This document shows, one piece after another, positions 39,866 to 48,682 of a stretch of 64,000 nucleotides of DNA. The notes below the pieces were generated by a model that worked only from the letters and a program-made list of their open reading frames with translations, was not told the origin of the DNA and searched no databases. Each line of letters opens with the position of its first letter. Positions within the stretch are counted from its first letter, which is position 1. Source of the stretch: Parachlamydiales bacterium (GTDB lineage Bacteria > Chlamydiota > Chlamydiia > Chlamydiales > SM23-39); the NCBI GenBank assembly GCA_050302075.1, contig JBNLAH010000001.1, positions 100,157 to 164,156 of the forward strand, read 5' to 3'. The position numbers were made by a program, and so were the translations under genes.

Positions 39866-40789
39866 TTAATTTTTAATCAATTCATCAAATTTAGAAAAAA
39901 CAGCTTTTGGGGTAATCCACTTTTTCCACATCTTTTCTCTTAGGCGCATGAATTTAAAGTTAGGTATGAATTTAGAAGGGGAGACTATTTTGGATTTATA
40001 CCAATCAGGTTTCCAGTATTTAAGGTTTTGAAGTCGTTTTCCAATCACAATGACTGGTAACTTCAAGCAAGATGCGAGATGGGCCGGCCCTGAATCATTG
40101 CCTATAAAAGCATAAGCTTCATAAATGATTTTGGTTAAATCACTAAGGTTGTTAATCAAAGGCACCTCAAAACCTAACTTTCTCAAAAAGATCCACTCAG
40201 GCCTTTCATCTGCAGTCATTACGAAGCTACATTTGTATCCTTTCTGTCTTAAAAGTATTGCAAGTCTAACAAATTTCTTTTTATCCCATGTTTTGTCCAA
40301 ATGGCTGGCTGTTGGGTGGATAATAATAACTTTCTGGTTCTTCCTATGCTTTAGACAACTTGGAATTGTAATTCCATTATCACTTGTAATATTTTCAATT
40401 GAAAACATGGATTTTGTTCCCAAGATAATATTTTCTAGCATGGTCTTCTTTCTATCGAAGCAGTACATTGTTGAGTCAACGGGGCCATGTTTTTTTTCAG
40501 AGTAATTCATGATAAAAAGCACTTTTTCAATAGAACTTTTCATTAGATAGTCAGCTATTTGCCTTGATTTTTGAGAGTTGTCATGCTCTAGTAAAATGCT
40601 GTCATATGAATTTATATCTTCAATACTAAAGGGATATTTAAATTCAAAGCCTTTGAAGCAGTCTTCAAATCCTGAAAGATGCCTATTATAGACAGTAATA
40701 TCATGCCCTTCTTTTTTTAAATGGTGGGCCGCAATCATCATTTGCAGACCGTCACCTAGACCTTCAGCAGTAATAATAGCTATCTTCAT
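39866..40789 (-). CDS. Glycosyltransferase family 9 (heptosyltransferase-like)
   Basis: GLGD near the N-terminus, HP.AS..K.W and IGNDSGPAHLA. Confidence 0.88.
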   Translation of the reverse strand: MKIAIITAEGLGDGLQMMIAAHHLKKEGHDITVYNRHLSGFEDCFKGFEFKYPFSIEDINSYDSILLEHDNSQKSRQIADYLMKSSIEKVLFIMNYSEKKHGPVDSTMYCFDRKKTMLENIILGTKSMFSIENITSDNGITIPSCLKHRKNQKVIIIHPTASHLDKTWDKKKFVRLAILLRQKGYKCSFVMTADERPEWIFLRKLGFEVPLINNLSDLTKIIYEAYAFIGNDSGPAHLASCLKLPVIVIGKRLQNLKYWKPDWYKSKIVSPSKFIPNFKFMRLREKMWKKWITPKAVFSKFDELIKN

Positions 40790-40898
40790 GAGGTCATTTT
40801 AAACATAATAATATTTTATAAGATATGAAAAATAAAGTAAGAACTTTTCTAGGTGTGTTTCTTTATTTTTAAAGAATTAGATTCTAACTAAAAAGTGT

Positions 40899-42965
40899 TT
40901 AATTATTAAAAACGATGCTTTTACCTTCTAGGGGTGCAAGTCTAATTGTGATAGATCCAGATGGGATGTCTTTTTCTTCTAGTTCTCCTGTAACAATATT
41001 CAAAGCTGATGTATTTTTTATTCCATCAATTTTAATAGTCTCTTCAATTTCAGCATTAGAAAAGTTTAGTGCTGAGATTTGTAATATTTCACTCTTGCTT
41101 AGCCGGTTGATCAAAACAATTAAAGATTGATTTTTTACTTTTGCAATGCCGGTTAGTGTTGCTGACTCAATTAAGTAATCTTTTCTAGCTTTTAGAATTT
41201 TTTGTAACCTAGATAAAAAAGAATTTGGATCTTTCATTTGATGTGGGATGGTTCCATATAGCGCAACTGATTTAGGTAGGTTTTCTTTAACTTGCTCTTT
41301 ACTTCCTAAAAGATCATAAGATCCTCTGTTGGCCCATCTTTTATCACCATCTTTAGCATAGGGCTCAACAATATCATTTCTTAAGGGAAGGGCCCCTACA
41401 ATATCCCAGCCAGAAATTGCAAATACACCTGGCTGCATAGCATTAAAGAAAGCTAGTAAGAGGTGAGCTTTTTTTACCTCTTCCTTTTCTTTAGAGCTCA
41501 TATTATAAATATCTTTTACCCCTAAGCTCGCAGCACATAATCCTAAAATTGTAGTGCAAGGACCTGTTTCTATAGAGCAAATATAATTATTTTTTTTGTA
41601 TAGCATATCAAAGTCATGATCTAAAATTTCTTTTCTAAGTTCATGGCCTTTGTAGGTTTTTCCATTTAATGAAAAACACTCTTTATTATTTAAAAAATGG
41701 ATTAACTCAAAATTGATTTCATCGTGGTTTTGAAGTGCATGGACAAATTGCATTGGTTGCATACCCTTTTCTAATAAAAGACACATACAAAGTTGTAAAA
41801 AGCTTGTATCTTTCTTAAGTAACGCATGAAATGCAGCAGCTCTTTCTAAAAAATCATAAGATAAGTCAGGCCCATATTGCATGGATTTTTTTATTTCATT
41901 TAAAGGCATATTAAGTTCTTGGAATGTAAACCCTCCAAGCTTTCTTGTAAGCATAGCTATTGTATCGCTTGCTACTATCGATAGTGGATGTTCCTCTGAA
42001 AAAGCACGCTTTTTGGATAAGCTTATTTCAATTCCTAGAAATGCGTTGGCATCCATTCTGAGTACTTTTTGGCTCAAGAAATCATACGAAGTAATAATAT
42101 CTCCAGCAATAAGCCTATTTGCAGCAAAACTTGGATCTAACCAATTGAGAGTTGGCTGGTTGTCCTTAAAATAATGCAGATATACCCATCTTCTTTTTTT
42201 ACCATCAACTCCTGTTATCTCTCTTGTTGCATCCCAATTAGTCTTTTTTGCAACTGGATCAAAAAATAAAACCCTTTTTAATGGGCCTACTATGTAGCCT
42301 TTTTGCTTTAAGCTTTGCACTTCTTGGGGATTCAAGTTAATGCTAATTTTGTTTCCTTCTACTCTAGGCAAAAGTGTCCAATCAGATGGGTTGATCTCAA
42401 CCATATGATAGATACCCGGATAGTCCTTGTAGTATCTAAGTGCAAGTTGAAAGTCAAAACCTCTTCCGGTATGTCCAGGAACGAGATCGCCAATTATAAT
42501 GGCATTGTGCTCTTTGACTGTTTTAGTAAATCTTTCGTATTCTTGTAGACTGCCATATTTAGAGTCTAATTGATAACTAAAAGGATCAAAGCCACCATCG
42601 ACAGATGGAGATATTCCCTCTTCCGTTAGTTCTCCCGCAAGTTTAGTTGGCCCCAAATGAATTCCGTCTATACCGATTTTTTGAAGGTATCCCCATAACT
42701 TCTTGCTTCCCAAATAAGTCCAAAGTGATTCATCTTCACCTTTTAAAGTTGAAGGAGCATATGATGTAAACCAATTAGAGGAGAGATTTATTAGTTTTTC
42801 TGTTTGTGGAGCCCCATAAGGATGTTGCCACTGGTCTTTCTTCCCAGAATAGATTTTTGCAAGTTCTTGAGATTGGTAAAGCATTGAATTTTTTTCTAAA
42901 TATTCTATATCCATTGAAATAAGTATTGGTATGAATAAAGCATGTATAATTATTTGACGGATCAA
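40899..42965 (-). CDS. treS: Trehalose synthase (maltose alpha-D-glucosyltransferase), Pseudomonas-type GH13
   Basis: WFTSYA, SVDGGFD, DLVPGHTG, YLHYFK..QP.LNW, RMDAN, FQEL and LQNHDE; TTG start. Confidence 0.85.
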   Translation of the reverse strand: MIRQIIIHALFIPILISMDIEYLEKNSMLYQSQELAKIYSGKKDQWQHPYGAPQTEKLINLSSNWFTSYAPSTLKGEDESLWTYLGSKKLWGYLQKIGIDGIHLGPTKLAGELTEEGISPSVDGGFDPFSYQLDSKYGSLQEYERFTKTVKEHNAIIIGDLVPGHTGRGFDFQLALRYYKDYPGIYHMVEINPSDWTLLPRVEGNKISINLNPQEVQSLKQKGYIVGPLKRVLFFDPVAKKTNWDATREITGVDGKKRRWVYLHYFKDNQPTLNWLDPSFAANRLIAGDIITSYDFLSQKVLRMDANAFLGIEISLSKKRAFSEEHPLSIVASDTIAMLTRKLGGFTFQELNMPLNEIKKSMQYGPDLSYDFLERAAAFHALLKKDTSFLQLCMCLLLEKGMQPMQFVHALQNHDEINFELIHFLNNKECFSLNGKTYKGHELRKEILDHDFDMLYKKNNYICSIETGPCTTILGLCAASLGVKDIYNMSSKEKEEVKKAHLLLAFFNAMQPGVFAISGWDIVGALPLRNDIVEPYAKDGDKRWANRGSYDLLGSKEQVKENLPKSVALYGTIPHQMKDPNSFLSRLQKILKARKDYLIESATLTGIAKVKNQSLIVLINRLSKSEILQISALNFSNAEIEETIKIDGIKNTSALNIVTGELEEKDIPSGSITIRLAPLEGKSIVFNN

Positions 42966-43026
42966 ACTAGACTCTCTTTAATTTAATAAATAAAAAGAGA
43001 AAAGCAAAGTGTCAAGAGTTTTAAGG

Positions 43027-44445
43027 CTAATTTGTACTATCTGTTATTACAGCCTCTGTCAATAATATTGTTTTTGCAGTTAATATAGCATTAGATAAGC
43101 TGCTTTTTATAACATTAATAGGATCCAAAATGCCACATTTAAAAAAGTCTTCTACTTGGTGATTAATTAAATTAAAACCGTTTGGATATCCCATTTGACA
43201 TATTCTATCTAAGATGCGTAAAGGGTCATAGCCTGAATTAGATATAATTTGTATTAAAGGAGCATAAATAGCTGCTTTTAGTAACTTTCCTCCAAATTTT
43301 AAATCGCTGAAATTTAGAGATCTTAGAGCAAAAAGCAAGCCTATATTGCTACCTGCAATAATGCCATGCTCAATTGCATCTTTGGTTTTTATAATACAAC
43401 TTTCATAGAGCTTTTTTTTCTCAATTTTATCAGCACTGATAATTGCTATCTTATTCTTTAAGTGATCACAAGTGACAGGTTGTGATTTAACTGCAATTAT
43501 TGTTTTATCCTTATAAACAATTACTTTGTCAGCATAGCCCAAAGCAAAATGAAATTGATTTAAAAGGTCATCTTTTTGGGTAATTATCTTTGAGTTTGTC
43601 AAATTGGCTAGGTCTTTCATGAGCTCAGGCCTATTAAAAGGTGATTTAATAGCTGCTATTTTGAGGGTTTTTTGTAGTTTATTCATTGCAAGTGTTGATA
43701 TTACATCCCCTCGAATGTCTCTTGCGATGATTAAAAGCTCTTCTTGTGTTCTTATCAGATGTTTTAAAAGTGGAAAAATTTCTTGGATAGATGATATTTC
43801 TCTATCAGTTATAAGCAAATTGCATGAATTCAATTCTACATGAGTATTGGACTCATTAGTACAAAAATAGTTACTTAAAAATCCTTCTTTAATTTCTAAG
43901 CCATCAGCTAATTTGATTTTATTTTGATTTTGAGTCTTTTCTATTATAATAGTTCCACTAAGACCCACTTTTTCTATGCATTTAGCAACTGATCTAGAAA
44001 CTTCTTTGTCATTTCTAGCATAGTAGTTACTAATTTTAGCTATGTCTTTAGTATCTTTGATTAAGTAGGCCATTTTCTCGACCTTTAGCATTAACTTTGT
44101 TAAAGCTAAATCCAGCTCTTTATTAATAGACTGTGGGCAAATATTACGGCCTATCAATTTTATTCCCTCTTTTAGGATCGCTTCAAGCATTATAAGTGCA
44201 TTAGTAGCACCATCATAAGAATCTTCTCTTGTTTTATAAGCTGTTTTAAGAGCAAACTCTGCTCCAATTTTCTCAAAATCATCTTTAATATAATTTGAAA
44301 TAAGATCTTTTATAAAATCATCGTCAAAATATTCATGATTTTTACCAAAATTAACCCTAATTGCATCTGTAACCAATTGAATCCCTTGGAAGATCTTTTG
44401 CCTTGCTTGGGCTTTGAATAGGATTTTTTTTGCCTTATCGGGCAT
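43027..44445 (-). CDS. Divergent, shortened GroEL paralogue
   Basis: AKKILF...AR, DGAT, GFLSNYF and GILDP are recognisable; 472 aa. Confidence 0.85.
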   Translation of the reverse strand: MPDKAKKILFKAQARQKIFQGIQLVTDAIRVNFGKNHEYFDDDFIKDLISNYIKDDFEKIGAEFALKTAYKTREDSYDGATNALIMLEAILKEGIKLIGRNICPQSINKELDLALTKLMLKVEKMAYLIKDTKDIAKISNYYARNDKEVSRSVAKCIEKVGLSGTIIIEKTQNQNKIKLADGLEIKEGFLSNYFCTNESNTHVELNSCNLLITDREISSIQEIFPLLKHLIRTQEELLIIARDIRGDVISTLAMNKLQKTLKIAAIKSPFNRPELMKDLANLTNSKIITQKDDLLNQFHFALGYADKVIVYKDKTIIAVKSQPVTCDHLKNKIAIISADKIEKKKLYESCIIKTKDAIEHGIIAGSNIGLLFALRSLNFSDLKFGGKLLKAAIYAPLIQIISNSGYDPLRILDRICQMGYPNGFNLINHQVEDFFKCGILDPINVIKSSLSNAILTAKTILLTEAVITDSTN

Positions 44446-44447
44446 TT

Positions 44448-45260
44448 TTATTCCTCTTTGTTGAAAAAAATCTCTTTTAGTATTTCATGGTATCCAAAGA
44501 AAATTAAATCGGGCTCAAAGAAATCAACTATTGTTTTTAAATCGCTTTCTAGTTCACTTCTGAATTTTGCAAATACACTGGACTCTGGTTCATCTGGCGC
44601 GGCTGAAAGTCCTCCTGTAGCTATCACAATTGCATTACCAGACCCAAAGAAAAGTGATTTTATTTCTTTCACAAGCCTTTCAATCATTCCAAGTAGTCCA
44701 TAGTAAATCCCACTCTGAATATTGCCTTGAGTTGTTTTAGAGACAGGTGATTTAGGCTTTCTTATTTCTACAAGAGGTAATAGATCTGTATTATTAGCAA
44801 GTACCTTTGCTGAAAGATGTGGACCTGGTGCAATAGCTCCTCCTAGGAATCTGCGCTCTTTTGCAATTACATCAAAAACAACAGCAGTTCCAATATCGAT
44901 CACAATAATATCGCATCCAGGGTGAGAGTAAAGCGCCCCATAGGTGCTGGCAATCCTGTCAGCACCAACTTCTTTGGGACTTTCAACATCTAAAATTATA
45001 GATAAATTTTCAGTAGTAAGCTCAGCGACTTTAATATTTCTTTTTTTTAAGAATTGTAAGATAAAAAGACCAATTCGGTAATGTACTGACCCTATAAGAG
45101 CTATATCTATTTCCTTGTCTTTTATAAGGCTTTCTAAATTGCCCTCATTTAAAGAATTATTCATGAAATGAGCTGTTTCAACTATGAGGTCTCGTTGAAA
45201 AAAAGCAACGCCAACTCTTGTATTTCCGACATCAAAGACCAATTGATATTTTTCACCCAT
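44448..45260 (-). CDS. coaX: Type III pantothenate kinase
   Basis: DVGNT, GADR, DIGTA, GGAIAPG and ATGG motifs. Confidence 0.95.
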   Translation of the reverse strand: MGEKYQLVFDVGNTRVGVAFFQRDLIVETAHFMNNSLNEGNLESLIKDKEIDIALIGSVHYRIGLFILQFLKKRNIKVAELTTENLSIILDVESPKEVGADRIASTYGALYSHPGCDIIVIDIGTAVVFDVIAKERRFLGGAIAPGPHLSAKVLANNTDLLPLVEIRKPKSPVSKTTQGNIQSGIYYGLLGMIERLVKEIKSLFFGSGNAIVIATGGLSAAPDEPESSVFAKFRSELESDLKTIVDFFEPDLIFFGYHEILKEIFFNKEE

Positions 45261-45302
45261 GATTTTTTTTAATACAAATTATTGTAATTAGAAATCAAAT
45301 GG

Positions 45303-46007
45303 TTATTTGATCTTTTTCTGTATTTTTCTTTGCAGCGGTGACAGCACAATCTCATCAAACAAAACATTAGGGCTAGAGTTCAAAATCATCAAAATGATCT
45401 TCGCAATGTTGTCGGGAGATAAAGAAGAATGAAAGCCGTCAGCTGGCTCAAAGTTATGATCTGTAAAGAATGGAGTTTTTGTCATTCCAGGTTGGATTAT
45501 ACTAACCCTGATATTTGAAAATGAAACTTCATCTTTTAGAGCCTGAGCAAATCCTCTTAGGGCAAACTTTGAAGCGCAGTAAAGAGTTCCTTTTTTTTTG
45601 CCTTGAAGCGCAGCTTCCGAGCCCATAAATATTATATCACCTTTTTTTGATCTTTTAAACTGTGGCAAAAACAGCTTAATTAAATAAGCATGCGATATAA
45701 GATTTACATCCATGATATTTTTCATCTGTGAGAGTGAAAATTCTTCCAAGTTGCCAAACTTTCCAATACCAGCATTGCAGACTATTGCATCGATATCGCC
45801 TGCAAGTGAGGTGATTTTTTTATTGTCTTTTTCTAATAAGTCGAGCTTACTTAGATCCATTTTTATATGTGAATATAACTGGTCTTTTTCAAGATCAGGA
45901 TTAATAGTCCTACACATTCCAACTACTTCAAAATGGTTTTTTAGTAAAAGCTGAGCTGTCTTAAGCCCGATTCCAGAGCTAGCTCCTGTAATTAAAACTC
46001 TTGGCAT
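45303..46007 (-). CDS. Short-chain dehydrogenase/reductase
   Basis: TGASSGIG, CNAG and YCASK motifs. Confidence 0.92.
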   Translation of the reverse strand: MPRVLITGASSGIGLKTAQLLLKNHFEVVGMCRTINPDLEKDQLYSHIKMDLSKLDLLEKDNKKITSLAGDIDAIVCNAGIGKFGNLEEFSLSQMKNIMDVNLISHAYLIKLFLPQFKRSKKGDIIFMGSEAALQGKKKGTLYCASKFALRGFAQALKDEVSFSNIRVSIIQPGMTKTPFFTDHNFEPADGFHSSLSPDNIAKIILMILNSSPNVLFDEIVLSPLQRKIQKKIK

Positions 46008-46969
46008 AAGAAAACCTTATTTTTATCAACATACTTGCAGATCTGATCATTACAAAATGAAACAAGGCCCTGCGCTAGTTTTTTTGAATACTCATAGTGA
46101 CTATTATTTTTGTCTAAGTAAGCTAGAATTTTTTTATTATATACATTTTGTTTCATTGTCTTAAAAAGGCTAACTGGAATTCTAAATGATCCAGTAGTAA
46201 CAGAGTGTAGTTTTCTTTCAGATATTCTAGAAAAAACTTGTTCAAAAAAATCTGAATATGTTTTTTGAAAATCTTCAACATACATAATAGGATCAAAACG
46301 AAGTCCTATACTCCATCCCATTTTTTGAAGTTCTAAAATTGAATTTAGCCTACTTTCTAAAGAGGGTGACCTTAACTCAATTTCTTCTGATACAATTTTG
46401 GGACTTAGTGTATACGCAACAATACAATTTGGAATAACTTTTGACTTAGTTAATGACCTGATGTTGACGCTTTTAGTTCTTAGCTCAAAATATGCGTTAG
46501 AGTTGTTCTCAAAAAAAGGCAGGAATTCAGACACAAAACTTGTTTTCGATTCGAGTGCTAAGCTGTCAGCGTCGTACCCTGTAAAGAAATAACTATTGTT
46601 AGTGATTTTTCGTGAAATTTCGCTTTGAAAATCTTCATAGTTTACAAACAAGACGTAGTTTGCTGACTTATACATTCCTTGCAAAAAACAATATTGGCAA
46701 TCAAAAGGGCAATTTAAAAGATGCGAAAAATAGTAGTTTGAACTTCCACCTATTCCGTAATGTGCTGGTATCTCATGGACAAAAGAATTTTCTTTTTTTG
46801 CAATAATGAGCGCTGGATTTTGCTTTTGCATTCTGAAGCTTTGTTTCTTTCGGTTGAATATCTCAGTATATTTGTCGCAGAGAATTATTTTTTTAGATCT
46901 GCAGTTTTCTATTATACGCTTTGTTCTAGGATGCCCTGAAACACTTTTTTCAATGTAGATTGTATCCAT
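45992..46969 (-). CDS. Spore photoproduct lyase (SplB)-like radical SAM protein
   Basis: NCPFDCQYCFLQ (C87/C91/C94), VNYED, DSLALE, ELRTKS, TLSP..E...SLESRL and LRFDP. Confidence 0.85.
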   Translation of the reverse strand: MDTIYIEKSVSGHPRTKRIIENCRSKKIILCDKYTEIFNRKKQSFRMQKQNPALIIAKKENSFVHEIPAHYGIGGSSNYYFSHLLNCPFDCQYCFLQGMYKSANYVLFVNYEDFQSEISRKITNNSYFFTGYDADSLALESKTSFVSEFLPFFENNSNAYFELRTKSVNIRSLTKSKVIPNCIVAYTLSPKIVSEEIELRSPSLESRLNSILELQKMGWSIGLRFDPIMYVEDFQKTYSDFFEQVFSRISERKLHSVTTGSFRIPVSLFKTMKQNVYNKKILAYLDKNNSHYEYSKKLAQGLVSFCNDQICKYVDKNKVFLCQEF

Positions 46970-47747
46970 TTTCTATGAGAATTTTTAAATTGTTGAGGAT
47001 TTTTTTAGCAGATTTTAACTCGAGTAGCTTATTGGTGTTATAGCTTATCTCTAGCAAACTAGCCTTTTCTAATAGCTCGACTAGCTTTATTTTTTCAGTC
47101 TCAGTGAAGTGCACATTTTCTATAATTGGATTTATTTCAATTTTATTTTCAATTGGCAATGCACTGTTTATTTTAGAAATGCTGTCTATGAGTTTCTGCA
47201 ATACTGGTATGTTATTTTCAATTAAACTAGCAAACTTGTTTTTATCGAGATTATTAACTGGAAAGCTCTGATTATCTGAAATGATCTTAAGTGAATGAAT
47301 TACATCAATATTTAAAAAGTTCAAACAAGCGTAGAAAAATCCATATCCTTCCATATCTAATAAAGTATCTATCGAGTAGTCTAGATGAGGTTTTGAAAAG
47401 GTAGTTAGCTCATCAGTTTTTCCTCTCCATTTAATTGCCATCGATGGATAGATTGTTTTTTTTGTTTCATCATCATGTAGTTTATGTACAAGAACGGCCT
47501 CATTTATTGGCTCAGATTTATGGCCTGCAATTCCCACATTAATTGCCCCTGCAATCTTGGTATCACCCAGCTTTCCAAAAAAATATGAAATGGCTGAAAT
47601 ACAAGATAACTTTCCAATGTTTGTAACTATTAAAAACAGATTAGAGCCTATGTAGATTGGAAAAGGGGCTTTATTAATTTGCTTCATTCTGAAATGACTA
47701 ACTATCGGTCTTGCTTCGGTAGGTGTTGCGACTGCGATTAAGATCAT
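46950..47747 (-). CDS. Nucleoside phosphorylase / MTA-SAH nucleosidase-like protein (PNP_UDP fold)
   Basis: A..TEA, IGK, NVGIAG, DME and KIISD motifs in canonical order. Confidence 0.75.
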   Translation of the reverse strand: MILIAVATPTEARPIVSHFRMKQINKAPFPIYIGSNLFLIVTNIGKLSCISAISYFFGKLGDTKIAGAINVGIAGHKSEPINEAVLVHKLHDDETKKTIYPSMAIKWRGKTDELTTFSKPHLDYSIDTLLDMEGYGFFYACLNFLNIDVIHSLKIISDNQSFPVNNLDKNKFASLIENNIPVLQKLIDSISKINSALPIENKIEINPIIENVHFTETEKIKLVELLEKASLLEISYNTNKLLELKSAKKILNNLKILIENGYNLH

Positions 47748-48542
47748 TTAACAATTTTCACTTTGATAGATTTCTCTTTTTGATTTGTTCAATATTTTGG
47801 CAGCGTACTTAATAGCATCTTTCGTAGATAACCCAAGATATTCTTGCAAAGCCTTGATTACTTCGCTATCTGATTCATTTTTCGAGTAACTTTTATTTTC
47901 ACCAATTAATAAAACAATTTCTCCAAGTTGTTTTTGCTTTTCTAAAAATAAAAGAATTTCACTAGGAGTTCCTGATATGATCTCTTCAAACTTTTTAGTA
48001 AGTTCTCTGGCTATTACAATTTCTCTTTTTGGGTCTAGCTCGTTGATGGAATTAACAGTGCTTTTAAGTCTGTTAGGGCTCTCAAATGCAACAGTTGTAC
48101 CTGGATAATAAAGTAGTTTGTTTAAAAAATTACCCTTCTTAGGTAAAAATCCAACAAATTGAAATGGAGATGTAGCAAGTCCCGACATTACTAAAGCATC
48201 AATAACACTGCAAGGCCCAGGAATAGCAGTAAATTTAATATTTTTTTTTCTACAATGCTTTATTAAGTTAAAACCTGGATCATTGATAAGTGGGGTGCCC
48301 GCATCAGAGACTAGAGCAATATTTTTGCCATCTGCCAGCATTTCTAGGACTTGTTCTTCTTTTTTTTGTTCATTAAATTTATGAAATGATTGATAGGGGG
48401 TATCTATTTGATATTTTCTGAACAAGGTTGAAGATCTTCTTGTGTCCTCACACAAGATGAGATCTACTTCTTTTAAAACCTCAAGAGCTCTTATTGTGAA
48501 GTCTTCTAAATTGCCAATTGGAGTTGATACTAGATAAAGCAT
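47748..48542 (-). CDS. rsmI: 16S rRNA C1402 2'-O-methyltransferase
   Basis: LYLVSTPIGNLED, CEDTR, SDAGTP, FESP and ARELTK motifs. Confidence 0.96.
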   Translation of the reverse strand: MLYLVSTPIGNLEDFTIRALEVLKEVDLILCEDTRRSSTLFRKYQIDTPYQSFHKFNEQKKEEQVLEMLADGKNIALVSDAGTPLINDPGFNLIKHCRKKNIKFTAIPGPCSVIDALVMSGLATSPFQFVGFLPKKGNFLNKLLYYPGTTVAFESPNRLKSTVNSINELDPKREIVIARELTKKFEEIISGTPSEILLFLEKQKQLGEIVLLIGENKSYSKNESDSEVIKALQEYLGLSTKDAIKYAAKILNKSKREIYQSENC

Positions 48543-48557
48543 AAAAAAAAATACTTT

Positions 48558-48629
48558 AGGTGGCACTCAGATTCGAACTGAGGAATAAGAGCTTTGCAGG
48601 CTCCCGCCTTACCACTTGGCTATGCCACC
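48558..48629 (-). tRNA. tRNA-Cys (GCA)
   Basis: GGTGGCATAGCCAAGTGGTAAGGCGGGAGCCTGCAAAGCTCTTATTCCTCAGTTCGAATCTGAGTGCCACCT; discriminator U73; CCA not encoded. Confidence 0.97.
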
Positions 48630-48644
48630 TTAAAAAGGTATTAC

Positions 48645-48673
48645 ATTATGCTAAAAAAAACCTGAATGGTCAA
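48645..48673 (-). promoter_or_regulatory. Promoter for tRNA-Cys and probably the downstream rsmI operon
   Basis: TTGACC-17 nt-CATAAT. Confidence 0.7.
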
Positions 48674-48682
48674 TGGTGAATT

